Source: Candidatus Omnitrophota bacterium (GTDB taxonomy: Bacteria; Omnitrophota; Gorgyraeia; Gygaellales; Profunditerraquicolaceae). Taken from it: a DNA stretch of 64,000 bases. A program made the translations under genes and the position numbers. Shown here piece by piece: positions 28,745-39,257 of this stretch. The stretch is from assembly GCA_022710715.1 (NCBI GenBank), contig JAKLGJ010000002.1:147791-211790 (forward strand), given 5' to 3'. Every line of letters begins with the position of its first letter. Position 1 is the first letter of the stretch. The notes under the pieces were generated by a model. It saw only the letters and a program-made list of their open reading frames with translations, had not been told where the DNA came from and did not search any database.

Positions 28745-30070
28745 ATGAATCCTCACGAACTGTTCGATCAGCAACCAGGCGCGACGGATTTCGCGACGTT
28801 GCCGCTGTCGGTGCGCATGCGTCCCAGAAGCCTGGACGAATTTATCGGCCAGGAGCACGTTGTTGGCAAAGGTAAATTATTGCGTCGCGCCATCGAGGCC
28901 GACCGGATCAGCTCCGTGGTTTTGTTCGGTCCTCCCGGCGTAGGCAAAACTTCTCTGGCGTACTGTATCGCCACGACCACCAAATCACATTTCTGCGTCA
29001 TCAATGCCACCACTTCCGGCGTGGACGAGCTTCGCCGGATGATCGCGCAGGCAAAACAACGCAAACGCGACAGCGGCCACAAAAGCATTCTTTTTATCGA
29101 CGAGATCCATCGGTTCAACAAGGCCCAGCAGGACGTTCTCCTGCCCGACGTGGAAGACGGCAATCCCATTTTGATCGGCGCCACGGTGCATAATCCGTTT
29201 TTTTATCTCGCCGCGCCGCTGGTTTCCCGTTCGCTGGTGCTGGAATTGAAGGCTCTTTCCGTTGAGGCGATTCAAACGCTTCTGGTCAGGGCGCTGGGAG
29301 ACGGCGAACGCGGGCTGGGCGGCCGCGCGATTAAGGCCGACGCCGATGCGCTTGTTTTTCTGGCTACTGCCTGTGAAGGAGACGCCCGCCGCGCGCTCAA
29401 CAGTCTTGAGCTGGCGGCATTGAGCACGCCGGCGGCCGCAGACGGGAGCGTCCCTATAGACCTGCAGACAGCTGCGGAATCGATACAGAAAAAACCCGTG
29501 GTCTACGACAGGGATGAAGACGGCCATTACGATACAGCTTCGGCTTTTATCAAATCCATGCGCGGCTCCGATCCGGACGCAGCCGTTTACTGGATGGCTA
29601 AAATGCTCTATGCCGGCGAAGATCCGCGTTTTATTGCCCGCAGGGTATGCATCCTGGCCGCCGAAGACGTAGGCAACGCCGATCCGCTCGCATTGGTGCT
29701 GGCCAACTCCGCGCTGCAGGTGATCGAATTTGTGGGCATGCCGGAGGCGCGCATCCCGCTCGCCCAGGCGGTCATCTATGTCGCCTGCGCGCCCAAATCC
29801 AACGCGTCGTATCTGGCGATCGATAAAGCGACTGCCGCTATCGAAAAAGACACCGTGCAGGAAGTGCCGGAGCATCTCAAGGACAGTTCGTATTCCGGAG
29901 CAGAACAGCTGGGCCACGGCAAAGGGTATAAATACAGCCATGATTATGAAGACCATTACGTGAAACAGCAGTATACCCGCAAAAAAGTGCGTTTCTACGA
30001 ACCGACGAGCATGGGGTATGAGGCGAAAATCAGACAACGGCTGGAGAAACTGCGCGGCAGCCAGCGCTAA
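28745..30070 (+). CDS. rarA: replication-associated recombination protein A (AAA+ ATPase)
   Basis: Walker A GPPGVGKTS and Walker B ILFIDEIHRFNKAQQD, with C-terminal MgsA domains. Confidence 0.9.
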   Translation: MNPHELFDQQPGATDFATLPLSVRMRPRSLDEFIGQEHVVGKGKLLRRAIEADRISSVVLFGPPGVGKTSLAYCIATTTKSHFCVINATTSGVDELRRMIAQAKQRKRDSGHKSILFIDEIHRFNKAQQDVLLPDVEDGNPILIGATVHNPFFYLAAPLVSRSLVLELKALSVEAIQTLLVRALGDGERGLGGRAIKADADALVFLATACEGDARRALNSLELAALSTPAAADGSVPIDLQTAAESIQKKPVVYDRDEDGHYDTASAFIKSMRGSDPDAAVYWMAKMLYAGEDPRFIARRVCILAAEDVGNADPLALVLANSALQVIEFVGMPEARIPLAQAVIYVACAPKSNASYLAIDKATAAIEKDTVQEVPEHLKDSSYSGAEQLGHGKGYKYSHDYEDHYVKQQYTRKKVRFYEPTSMGYEAKIRQRLEKLRGSQR

Positions 30071-30087
30071 CGGCGAGGAATGAAACC

Positions 30088-30756
30088 ATGATAGTCAGCG
30101 AACAAAAGCCTTTTGAAGAAATTCTCCGGATGCTTAAGGGCAAAGACCGCGTTTTTCTGGTCGGCTGCGGCGACTGCGCGACCGCGTGCAAATCGGGCGG
30201 CCTGGAGCAGCTCGCAGAGATGGATAAACTGCTCAACGCGCAGGGCAAGCAGGTTGTGGGGCAGGCTGTTCCGGATTCCACCTGTGTCGCGGCGAAACTG
30301 AAGAGCGAATTGTCCCGGCATATGCCGCAGTTGCGGCAGGCCGAGGCGGTGGTGGTCTGTTCGTGCGGATTGGGTGTGCAGGCGGTAAAAGACAACGACC
30401 GTTTTAACCTGTTGGTGGTGCCGGGATGCAACAGTATTGCCGCTACGGTCATGGACGCCCAGGGGAACTTTCTGGAAAAGTGTTCATTATGCGGCCAGTG
30501 CCTGCTGGGAACCACCGGCGGCACCTGCCCCATGTCGCTGTGCCCCAAGGGTTTATTGAATGGTCCCTGCGGAGGGATGAATAAAGGCAAGTGCGAGCTC
30601 GATGATCAGCGTGATTGCGCCTGGGTGCTCATTTACCGTGAATTGGAAAAGCGCTCGCAACTGGATATGTTCAAAAAAATCAACCCGCCGCGCGATTTTT
30701 CGAAGACGCGTAAGCCTTACAAAAAAACGATGATACGCACATCAGCCTCCGGATAG
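30088..30756 (+). CDS. MTHFR_C-like Cys-rich zinc-ribbon protein
   Basis: Motifs LVGCGDCATACKSGG, CPKGLLNGPCGG and many Cys, as in the C-terminal-like domain partnered with MetF in acetogens. Confidence 0.6.
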   Translation: MIVSEQKPFEEILRMLKGKDRVFLVGCGDCATACKSGGLEQLAEMDKLLNAQGKQVVGQAVPDSTCVAAKLKSELSRHMPQLRQAEAVVVCSCGLGVQAVKDNDRFNLLVVPGCNSIAATVMDAQGNFLEKCSLCGQCLLGTTGGTCPMSLCPKGLLNGPCGGMNKGKCELDDQRDCAWVLIYRELEKRSQLDMFKKINPPRDFSKTRKPYKKTMIRTSASG

Positions 30757-30775
30757 CGTCGGGATAAAAGCTCTG

Positions 30776-31381
30776 GTGTCCGGGTTAAAAAAAGCATATA
30801 ATATCCCTATGGAAAAGCGCAAAGAATTAAGGGTTGCGGCGTTGACAAAAGGCCAAATTCGTACTACAATTTTAGATAGACTGAACAATCAGAAGGAGGA
30901 ACGCCGGAAGAGGAAAAACGCTTTAATAGCGGGAAAGCTTTTTCGGACTCGCGTGTTCAAGTGGGCAAAGATAGTGATGTTTTACAAAGCGCTACCCGGT
31001 GAGGTCGATACTGCAGAGATGATAAAAAAAGCGATAGCTTTAGGTAAGATGGTCGTAGTCCCCGTGTGCGGACATGATAAAACAATTATCCCCTGTATTT
31101 TGAAGCTCGGCGGAAAATTGTTGCGCGGACCATATGGTATATGGGAGCCGGCGGTAAAACGATCCGTTGATCCCAAGAAGATAGACCTGGTCATTGTGCC
31201 TGGCCTTGCATTTTCTTTGAAAGGCAAGCGTCTGGGTAGAGGCAAGGGATATTACGACCGTTTCTTAAAAAGACTCTCCCGTCGCGCCGCCACTGTCGGC
31301 GTGGCATTCGACTTCCAAATCTTACCGGATCTGCCTACCACCCCACTGGACGTAGACGTACAACGCGTTGTCTTTGCCTGA
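30776..31381 (+). CDS. ygfA: 5-formyltetrahydrofolate cyclo-ligase
   Basis: Motifs VVPGLAFSLKGKRLGRGKGYYDRFL and ATP-binding-like ALIAGKLF. Alternative ATG at 30809. Confidence 0.8.
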   Translation: MSGLKKAYNIPMEKRKELRVAALTKGQIRTTILDRLNNQKEERRKRKNALIAGKLFRTRVFKWAKIVMFYKALPGEVDTAEMIKKAIALGKMVVVPVCGHDKTIIPCILKLGGKLLRGPYGIWEPAVKRSVDPKKIDLVIVPGLAFSLKGKRLGRGKGYYDRFLKRLSRRAATVGVAFDFQILPDLPTTPLDVDVQRVVFA

Positions 31382-31492
31382 CGCCGACAACCTCGGTTCG
31401 CATCAGAGGTTCAAGCCCGTCCTTTCCCGCTTCAAACTGCGCTGATCATTAACCATGAGTACTGTTTTGTCAAGACAGGAGGTTGTTTATAC

Positions 31493-33046
31493 ATGTTGAA
31501 TATGTTCATTTTCCTAGGAATCGCCCTGATCGCGGCGTTTCTGGGTTATCTCGGCCGCCGATTCGTGGCCGAAAAGAAAACCCAGGATGCTGAAGCCAGA
31601 GCCAGATTCATCATCGACCAGGCCAAGAAAGAAGTGGAAGACCGGCACCGCGCCGCGGAACTGGAAGCAAAAGACCTGTTGTTCAAGATGCGCCAGGATT
31701 TCGAGCAGCAGACCAAAGATCGCCGCCAGGAAATCGCTTCGCTGGAGAAACGATTGACCCAGAAAGAGGAAAATATCGATCGGCGGCTTGATTTGCTGGA
31801 GAAGAAAGAAAAAGACATCGAAACCAGACAGGACAATCTGAAAAAACTCGAGGATTCCTTCAAAGCCAAAGAGAACCAGTTGCACCTGTTGATCGCGGAA
31901 GAGAAAGAGCGGTTGCAGAGGATCGCTTCATTGTCTCTGGAAGAGGCGCGGCATATACTTTTGAACCGCTTGAACGAGGAATTGAACGCCGAGAAGGCGG
32001 TGTTGATCAAGAAACAGGAAGAAGACCTGCGTAATAGCGTGGAGAAAAAAGCCATTGAGATCGTCAGCCTGGCCATTCATCGCTGCTCGGTTGAGCAGAC
32101 CGTGGAATCGACGGTCAGCGTGGTCAATCTGCCCAACGATGAAATGAAAGGAAGAGTTATCGGCCGCGAGGGGCGCAATATCCGGGCCCTGGAAATGGCT
32201 ACCGGCGTCGATGTGATTATCGACGATACCCCGGAAGCGATAACTCTGTCCTGCTTTGACCCCGTGCGCAGGGAGATCGCCCGGTTAAGCGTGGAGAAGC
32301 TCATTTCCGACGGAAGAATCCATCCGGGGCGCATTGAGGAAGTGGTGGAGAAGACCAAGAAGGAAATGGAAGAGAAGATCAAAGAAGTGGGAGAGAAGAC
32401 CATCTTTGAAGCCGGCGTGGACAATCTGCATCCGGAACTGGTAAAATTGCTCGGAAGGTTGAAATACCGTACCAGCTTCGGTCAGAACGCGCTGCAGCAT
32501 TCCATGGAAGTCTCGTTTTTGATGGGCGTGATGGCGTCGGAAATCGGGCTGGATTTCAAACTTGCCCGACGCATCGGACTCCTGCACGATATCGGTAAAG
32601 CGCTTGATTTCCAGATCGAAGGCACCCATGCCAAGATCGGCGCGGATACCGCGCGCAAGTTCAACGAATCCCAGGAAGTTATTCATGCCATTGCCGCGCA
32701 CCACGAAGAGACCGAATTGACCAGCGCGTATGCGGTCCTGGCTGTCGCTGCCGACGCGATCAGCGCTGCCCGTCCGGGCGCGCGCCGCGAGACGCTGGAA
32801 ACGTATATCAAGCGTCTGGATAAGCTCGAATCCATCGCAAATCTGTTCAAGGGCGTGGATAAATCCTATGCCATTCAGGCCGGTCGCGAAATACGCATTA
32901 TCGTGCAACCGGAGAAGATCTCCGATTCCGACGCGGTGAATATGTCGCGGGAGATCCGCAAGAAAATAGAGGAAGGCATGGAGTATCCGGGTCAGATCAA
33001 AGTAACGGTTATTCGCGAGACACGGGCCATCGAGTACGCGAAATAG
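31493..33046 (+). CDS. rny: ribonuclease Y
   Basis: N-terminal TM, long coiled-coil, KH domain ([15 protein letters not shown]) and HD domain (LLHDIGKA). Confidence 0.9.
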   Translation: MLNMFIFLGIALIAAFLGYLGRRFVAEKKTQDAEARARFIIDQAKKEVEDRHRAAELEAKDLLFKMRQDFEQQTKDRRQEIASLEKRLTQKEENIDRRLDLLEKKEKDIETRQDNLKKLEDSFKAKENQLHLLIAEEKERLQRIASLSLEEARHILLNRLNEELNAEKAVLIKKQEEDLRNSVEKKAIEIVSLAIHRCSVEQTVESTVSVVNLPNDEMKGRVIGREGRNIRALEMATGVDVIIDDTPEAITLSCFDPVRREIARLSVEKLISDGRIHPGRIEEVVEKTKKEMEEKIKEVGEKTIFEAGVDNLHPELVKLLGRLKYRTSFGQNALQHSMEVSFLMGVMASEIGLDFKLARRIGLLHDIGKALDFQIEGTHAKIGADTARKFNESQEVIHAIAAHHEETELTSAYAVLAVAADAISAARPGARRETLETYIKRLDKLESIANLFKGVDKSYAIQAGREIRIIVQPEKISDSDAVNMSREIRKKIEEGMEYPGQIKVTVIRETRAIEYAK

Positions 33047-33062
33047 AAGGGCGCGCGAGCCT

Positions 33063-33854
33063 ATGAAAATACTGTTTATCGGCGATACGGTAGGCAATCC
33101 GGGGAGAGAGGCTTTGCGGCAACTGGTGCCGGTACTGCGCAAGGAGTTTGATCTCGACCTGGTGATTGCCAACGCGGAAAACTCCTCCGGCGGCTCGGGC
33201 ATTACTCCGAAAACCGCGCAGGAAATGTTCGACGCCGCGGTCGATGTGCTGACTTCCGGAGACCACATCTGGAAGCGCAAAGAAATCTTCGAGCTCATCC
33301 GCGCGGAACCGCGCATCCTGCGTCCTATCAATTTTCCCGTCGGCGCTCCCGGAGCGGGCTTCGGGATATTCAAGACCCCTGCCGGAGTGCCCGTGGGGGT
33401 GATCAACGTTTTAGGCAGGGTTTTCCTGGATCCGCTGGAATGTCCATTCCGCGCCGTGCGCAAGGCGGTTGATGAGATCTCCCGGCAGACGCGAGTGATC
33501 ATCGTGGATATCCACGCCGAAGCTACGTCGGAAAAGATCGCCATGGGTTGGTTTCTCGACGGCGAGGTATCCGCGGTACTGGGCACGCATACGCATGTGC
33601 AGACTGCGGATGAGCGCGTCCTGCCGCGCGGCACTGCCTATATCAGCGATGTCGGCATGGCCGGTCCCTTTGATTCGGTGCTGGGCCGGCGCGTGGAGGA
33701 TGTCCTCGAGCGGTTTATTTCCTGCGTGCCGGTGCGTTTTGAGGTCGCCGACGGCAATGTTCAGCTGCACGGGGTAGTCGTGGATATCGACGAACATACC
33801 GGCAAAGCCCGGTCTATCCAGCGCATACAAAGACCTGTTTCCGCCATTCCTTAA
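33063..33854 (+). CDS. ymdB: YmdB-like metallophosphoesterase (2',3'-cyclic-nucleotide phosphodiesterase family)
   Basis: MKILFIGDTVGNPGR and conserved GDHIW / GTHTHVQTAD metal ligands. Directly follows rny as in Firmicutes. Confidence 0.8.
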   Translation: MKILFIGDTVGNPGREALRQLVPVLRKEFDLDLVIANAENSSGGSGITPKTAQEMFDAAVDVLTSGDHIWKRKEIFELIRAEPRILRPINFPVGAPGAGFGIFKTPAGVPVGVINVLGRVFLDPLECPFRAVRKAVDEISRQTRVIIVDIHAEATSEKIAMGWFLDGEVSAVLGTHTHVQTADERVLPRGTAYISDVGMAGPFDSVLGRRVEDVLERFISCVPVRFEVADGNVQLHGVVVDIDEHTGKARSIQRIQRPVSAIP

Positions 33855-33858
33855 AAGA

Positions 33859-35787
33859 ATGAGACAATCTTTTCTGAAACCGGGCGCATGGTGCAATGGT
33901 TTGTTGACTGCGGGTGTTTTGCTGGCCCTGCTGTGCGGGCGCACGCCGTCCGCAGTCGCCGGGGAAGGCGACCTGGAATATGTTCTGGACGCCGCAGCCA
34001 CCACCATCGATTTGCCGGAAGTCCTCAAGCCGTCCGTCGATATCAGCGGCCGGGGTTTTCATTTTAACCCCAGCTGGCCGCAGACACTGGCCAGCCCTTC
34101 TGCGATCGAATCCTGGCAGTCGGCGCTGGGATTCAGCCACATCTATCGGCTGCAGTATAATCTCTGGGAGATCAGCGGGCTCGCAGGCAACAAGGAGCTG
34201 CAGAATACGCTGCTCTCCAATTACGAGAAGCTGATCCGGCAGATCAGCCAGTCCGGGGGAGCGGTGATCCTGAATATCTTCAGCATCCCTCCCGGCCAGG
34301 GGAAGGTTCTGGACAAGAAAAGCTCGCCCGTAGACGTAAAGCTCTTTAAACAGCAAGTCAAGGATTTTATCCGCTATTTCAGTTGCACCAGGCGCTACAC
34401 CGTCTGGTACGAGGTCTGGAGCGCGCCCGATCTCGACGATTTTTTCCTCGGCCGCCAGCAGGAGTATTTGAGCCTGTATAAGGCGGTTGCCGAGAGTGTC
34501 AGCGAGCTGGAGCGGGAATATAAACTGCATATTCCGGTAGGCGGCCCTTCCTCGAGCTGGTGGTTCCGTAACGCCGAAGGCAATACCGTGCTCACGCCGG
34601 AACGCAGCCTGGTCTATGAACTGATCCGTTTCGCCTATCACAACCGCCTTCCGCTCGACTTTATCTCCTGGCACGCCTATTCTTCCGACCAGAAAGTGGA
34701 GAAGGAGAATACCGCGTATAATAAACACGCGGTGGCGTTGATCCGCGAATGGCTGGGATATTTTAACCTTTCCAACGTGCGCCTGATCGTCGATGAGTGG
34801 AATTTCGATACGGGCTTGAACATCTCCCCGGAGAGAAGCGTCGGATCGTGCGTCGCCGCCAGCTATATCCCCGGCCGCCTGAAAAACATGTATGAAGCAG
34901 GCATCGATGCGCAGGTTTTCTTTTCGCTCGAGGATTTTCAAGACAACAAAGAAGGCGTGCAGCGTAATGTCGGGGCCTTTTGGTTTACCCAAAAGGCGTT
35001 TGCCTATGAAGGCGGACCCAAACCGATGTTCACGGTGTTCAAGATGCTCTCGCTGTTGGGACCGCAGTTTTTCCCCGCAGCGGGAAAGTTCAGCGACGAT
35101 TTCGTGGGAGTGCTTCCCACCAGGGGGGCAGACCGGCTGGTGTTGCTCGTGTATAACTACAGCGACCCGGATACGTTCAGGAGCGTTCTTTCCCGCAGCA
35201 TCGCTCATTTAAACGAGGACGAGCGCCGGTCCCTGCTCGATTTGATTAAAAGCGACAGGCTGGACAAGGTTTTGCATCGGCAGATCAATATCTCGGGATT
35301 GCGTTTATCCGCCCGGGCCAAGAATTTGCTGAACAAAGCGCTTGAGCTCAATGATTGCGCGACGCGTTTTGCGGTCACTCCGAGGAATGTGCGCTTGATC
35401 GTCAAGAATTTCAAAGAAGACTGCAGCTTGCAGCGTTACGTTCTCGATGCCGGCTCTCCGGTTGAGCCCCTGGCCGCTCCCCGGGAAGAGCGCATTCTCG
35501 GAAAATCGGATGAGCACCAGATCGCGTTGACCCTTGCGCCGTATTCGGTCGAGCTTCTGGTTTTTGCGCGCAAGCCCAAAGAAGAAAAGCCTCCGGTTGA
35601 AGTCGTGCCGGAGCAATTGCCGCCGCCGCAGGAACAACCGGCTGCCGCGCCCTCGCCGGTTCCTGCCGCTGTTGCGGTCGAACCCGCGCCGAAATCGGAA
35701 GCCGAGAAAAAAGAAGAACCGGCTGCGCAGACGGATAATGCCACAGTTGTAGTGCCGCCGGGTGAGCCGCAGCCGCATAATCAATAA
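33859..35787 (+). CDS. secreted TIM-barrel glycoside-hydrolase-like protein with C-terminal Pro/Ala/Glu-rich tail
   Basis: Signal peptide. Blocks YEVWSAPDL and IVDEWNFD resemble GH39/GH5 acid-base and nucleophile strands. Family assignment uncertain. Confidence 0.5.
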   Translation: MRQSFLKPGAWCNGLLTAGVLLALLCGRTPSAVAGEGDLEYVLDAAATTIDLPEVLKPSVDISGRGFHFNPSWPQTLASPSAIESWQSALGFSHIYRLQYNLWEISGLAGNKELQNTLLSNYEKLIRQISQSGGAVILNIFSIPPGQGKVLDKKSSPVDVKLFKQQVKDFIRYFSCTRRYTVWYEVWSAPDLDDFFLGRQQEYLSLYKAVAESVSELEREYKLHIPVGGPSSSWWFRNAEGNTVLTPERSLVYELIRFAYHNRLPLDFISWHAYSSDQKVEKENTAYNKHAVALIREWLGYFNLSNVRLIVDEWNFDTGLNISPERSVGSCVAASYIPGRLKNMYEAGIDAQVFFSLEDFQDNKEGVQRNVGAFWFTQKAFAYEGGPKPMFTVFKMLSLLGPQFFPAAGKFSDDFVGVLPTRGADRLVLLVYNYSDPDTFRSVLSRSIAHLNEDERRSLLDLIKSDRLDKVLHRQINISGLRLSARAKNLLNKALELNDCATRFAVTPRNVRLIVKNFKEDCSLQRYVLDAGSPVEPLAAPREERILGKSDEHQIALTLAPYSVELLVFARKPKEEKPPVEVVPEQLPPPQEQPAAAPSPVPAAVAVEPAPKSEAEKKEEPAAQTDNATVVVPPGEPQPHNQ

Positions 35788-35789
35788 CC

Positions 35790-37121
35790 ATGACCGATCC
35801 CGCTGAAGATCTGTTTATGTCCGCCGCGCAGAAAAACAAAGGCCGGCAGATTTATACCGTATCCCAGGTTACGCACGACATTCAACTGCTGCTGGGTGAA
35901 ACATTTTCCGGCATCTGGGTGGAAGGCGAGCTGTCGAACGTGCGGCCCGCCTCCAGCGGTCACTATTATTTTTCGCTGAAAGACGAGAGCGCGTTGCTGT
36001 CGGGAGTGCTGTTCAGCCGCACTGCCGCCGGCGTCAAATTTAAGCTGGAAGACGGATTGAAAGTCGTTTGTTTCGGAAATATCGACGTGTATCCTCCCCG
36101 GGGGCAGTATCAGCTGATCATTGAGAAGATCGAACCCAAGGGAATGGGCGGGCTCCAGCTCGCTCTGGAACAACTCAAGGCCAGGCTGGAGAAAGAAGGA
36201 TTGTTCGCCGCCGAACACAAGCGGCCGATCCCGTATTTGCCGGCGCGCATCGGGGTAGTGACTTCGCTCACCGGCGCGGCGATCAAGGACATTTTCAAGG
36301 TTCTGGAGCGCAGGTTTAAAGACGTGCATATTGTGGTCGCTGCGGTCAAAGTGCAGGGCGAGGGCGCCCGGGAGGAGATCGCCCGGGCCATAGAAGATTT
36401 TAACCTTTTCAACCGTACGGCGCCTGTGCAGGAACGGATCGAGGTGCTCATCGTGGGCCGTGGCGGCGGGAGCATGGAGGATCTCTGGGCGTTTAATGAA
36501 GAATGTGTGGCCCGGGCGATTTACGCTTCAGCTATCCCGGTTATTTCCGCGGTCGGCCATGAACGGGACTGGACCATTGCGGACCTGGTGGCGGATCTTC
36601 GCGCCCCGACCCCTTCTGCCGCGGCGGAAGTGGTCATTCCCCTGAAAGAGGATCTGGAGAGCCGCTTGACGCACGTCCTGCAGCGATTGCGCGCCGCTTT
36701 CGCGGATGCTCTGGAGTATCGGAAAAAGGATCTGCTGGAGCTGGTGCACCGGTTGCGCTTGAGCATCGAACATCTCTGGGAGCTGGATGGTCACGCGTTT
36801 GCGGCGGCGCAGGCCGCATTGCAGCGGGTTAACCCCGCAGTGTTGATCCCGGAATATAAAGACAAATTGATCGATCTTGCCCGGCAGATCTATGTGCGCA
36901 TGGATCAGTATATCCGCCTGCACGGCGCAGAGTTTTCCGGAGTGACCGAAAAACTCTCCAGCCTGAATCCGCTGAATATCTTGAGTCGGGGATACAGCGT
37001 CACGTTTAAGCTCCCCGCCGCGACGATCATCAAGGATGCGGAAAGCGTCGCGCCGGGAGAGACCATCAAAACGCAGTTACATAAGGGTTCGATTATCAGC
37101 ACGGTAACGCAGGTGCAATGA
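35790..37121 (+). CDS. xseA: exodeoxyribonuclease VII large subunit
   Basis: OB-fold N-terminus and catalytic core, 443 aa. Confidence 0.9.
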   Translation: MTDPAEDLFMSAAQKNKGRQIYTVSQVTHDIQLLLGETFSGIWVEGELSNVRPASSGHYYFSLKDESALLSGVLFSRTAAGVKFKLEDGLKVVCFGNIDVYPPRGQYQLIIEKIEPKGMGGLQLALEQLKARLEKEGLFAAEHKRPIPYLPARIGVVTSLTGAAIKDIFKVLERRFKDVHIVVAAVKVQGEGAREEIARAIEDFNLFNRTAPVQERIEVLIVGRGGGSMEDLWAFNEECVARAIYASAIPVISAVGHERDWTIADLVADLRAPTPSAAAEVVIPLKEDLESRLTHVLQRLRAAFADALEYRKKDLLELVHRLRLSIEHLWELDGHAFAAAQAALQRVNPAVLIPEYKDKLIDLARQIYVRMDQYIRLHGAEFSGVTEKLSSLNPLNILSRGYSVTFKLPAATIIKDAESVAPGETIKTQLHKGSIISTVTQVQ

Positions 37122-37147
37122 ACAGCACGACCGGGAAGGAGCGGTGA

Positions 37148-37384
37148 ATGGCCGAGATAAAATTCGAAGAAGCGCTGAAGAAACTGGAAAAGATCGTCGA
37201 AGACCTGGAAAAGGGTGATCTGTCGCTGGATGAAGGTCTGAAGAAATATCAGGAGGGGATTGAGCTGGCCAGGGTCTGTTCCCAGAAACTCGATTCCGCG
37301 AAGAAGAAAATAGACGTATTGGCTAAAAATAAAAAAGGGGAATTCGAGTTGAAGCCCCTGGATGAAAGCAAACTGGAAGAATAA
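37148..37384 (+). CDS. xseB: exodeoxyribonuclease VII small subunit
   Basis: 78 aa MAEIKFEEALKKLEKIVEDLEKGDLSLDEGLKKYQEGIELAR. Confidence 0.85.
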   Translation: MAEIKFEEALKKLEKIVEDLEKGDLSLDEGLKKYQEGIELARVCSQKLDSAKKKIDVLAKNKKGEFELKPLDESKLEE

Positions 37385-39257
37385 TATGCTCCTGGAACAT
37401 ATCACCGGCGCTCAAGACGTCAGGAAACTCAAACCCGAACAGCTCTCCCTGCTGGCGCAGGAAGTGCGTTTGCGCATGCTGGAGGTGGTCTGCCGGACCG
37501 GCGGACACCTGGCTTCCAGTCTCGGCGCCGTCGAGTTGATCGTAGCGTTGCATTATTGCCTGGATACGCCGCGGGACAAGATCATTTTCGACGTCGGCCA
37601 TCAGGCTTACGCGCACAAGATCCTTACCGGCAGGAATAAGGAATTCGCCACGCTGCGCCAGGCCGGGGGGATCAGCGGATTCCCGTCCCGGGACGAATCC
37701 GATTACGATACGTTTTATTCCGGGCACAGTTCCACCGCAGTCTCGCAGGCTCTGGGCCTGGCGTGCGCCCGCGATTATCTCGCGGCGCAGGAAAGCTTCC
37801 GGGTGGTGGCGGTTATCGGCGACGGCTCATTGAGCGGCGGCATTTGTTTCGAAGGTCTCAACAACGCCGGCCATCTCAAGAAAGACATGCTGGTGGTTTT
37901 GAACACCAATGAATTGAGTATCGCCCCTAACGTGGGAGCGATCAGCACCTATCTGAACAAGCTCATTTCCCTGCCTATCTATAACCGTTTCCGCGGGGCG
38001 TTCGATAATTTCCTCGAATCCCGCGTTCCCAGAGGAAGGCGGCTCAAGGCCATGGCCACGAAATTCGAAGAAGGCCTCAAAGGGCTGTTTATCCCGGGGA
38101 TGCTCTTCGAAGAGCTGGGATTTCGCTATTTCGGGCCGCTGGACGGCCACAATATCGAGAAACTGATCCCGACGCTGAAAAATATCTTGAGCATCAAAGG
38201 GCCCAAGCTGCTGCATGTCATTACCAAAAAAGGTAAAGGATACGCTCCCGCGGAAAATAACCCGGTGAGGTTTCACGGCGTAGGGCCGTTCGAGCTGTCT
38301 ACCGGACGGGCGCTGGGAGATGGCGCGAGCCCCGAAAAGACGTTTACCCGCGCTTTCAGCGATACCATGCTCAAACTCGCCGGGACGGATGACAAATTAG
38401 TCGCCATCACCGCGGCCATGCCGGAAGGGACCGGACTCGACGGTTTCCGGGACGCGCATCCCAAAAGGTTTTTCGACGTAGGCATCGCCGAAGAGCACGC
38501 GCTTTGTTTTGCCGCGGGATTATGCGCCGCGGGGCTGCGGCCGGTGGTCGCGCTCTACTCCACCTTTATGCAGCGGGCGTTCGACCAGATCGTCGAGGAT
38601 ATCGCCCTGCAGCACCTGCCGGTGATAATTGCGCTTGACCGCGCGGGGATTGTGGGGGAAGATGGAGTAACGCATCAGGGCATATTCGATATCGCCGGTC
38701 TGCGCATGGTGCCGAATCTCGTGCTGATGGCTCCGATGGACGGCGTGGAGCTGGAGATGATGTTCGGGTTTGCCGCTGCGGGCAACGCTGCGACGGTGAT
38801 CAGGTATCCTAAAGGCGTTTGCTCGACGGCAGGAGAATCGGGGCAACCGCGTCCGCCGATTGCGCTGGGTAAGCCGCAGATACTGCGGGAAGGAAAAGCG
38901 TACGTGATTTTCGCGCTGGGCAGTATGGTCTATCCGGCCTGGGAAGCGGCGGAGTTGCTCGCCGCCGAGGGGCTTTCCGGTACCGTGGTCAACAGCCGTT
39001 TTGCCAAGCCGCTGGATAGAGGGTTGATCAAACAGATCGCCGCGCGCGCCCCGCATATTTTTACCATTGAAGAAGGAATTCTTGAGGGCGGATTCGGCAG
39101 CGCAGTCATGGAGACTCTCGGTCTGCCGGTGGTCAGAATGGGGTTGCCGGGCGAGTTCATCGCTCACGGCAAGCGCAGCGCTTTGCTGGAGAAATACGGT
39201 TTAACTGCCGCGGGTATCGCCCGCGGGATCAAGGAGTCGATACGCCGCCATGATTAA
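37362..39257 (+). CDS. dxs: 1-deoxy-D-xylulose-5-phosphate synthase
   Basis: TPP motif GDGSLSGGICFEGLNNAG and transketolase-like domains. Start 37362 overlaps xseB by 23 nt; alternative ATG at 37386. Confidence 0.9.
   Translation: MKANWKNNMLLEHITGAQDVRKLKPEQLSLLAQEVRLRMLEVVCRTGGHLASSLGAVELIVALHYCLDTPRDKIIFDVGHQAYAHKILTGRNKEFATLRQAGGISGFPSRDESDYDTFYSGHSSTAVSQALGLACARDYLAAQESFRVVAVIGDGSLSGGICFEGLNNAGHLKKDMLVVLNTNELSIAPNVGAISTYLNKLISLPIYNRFRGAFDNFLESRVPRGRRLKAMATKFEEGLKGLFIPGMLFEELGFRYFGPLDGHNIEKLIPTLKNILSIKGPKLLHVITKKGKGYAPAENNPVRFHGVGPFELSTGRALGDGASPEKTFTRAFSDTMLKLAGTDDKLVAITAAMPEGTGLDGFRDAHPKRFFDVGIAEEHALCFAAGLCAAGLRPVVALYSTFMQRAFDQIVEDIALQHLPVIIALDRAGIVGEDGVTHQGIFDIAGLRMVPNLVLMAPMDGVELEMMFGFAAAGNAATVIRYPKGVCSTAGESGQPRPPIALGKPQILREGKAYVIFALGSMVYPAWEAAELLAAEGLSGTVVNSRFAKPLDRGLIKQIAARAPHIFTIEEGILEGGFGSAVMETLGLPVVRMGLPGEFIAHGKRSALLEKYGLTAAGIARGIKESIRRHD

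Noticed and set aside
31382-31492. tRNA-like fragment (GAGGTTCAAGCCCGTCC) between ygfA and rny
   Set aside because: It resembles a T-arm, but no acceptor, D or anticodon arms can be built around it. Probably chance, or at most a degraded tRNA remnant.
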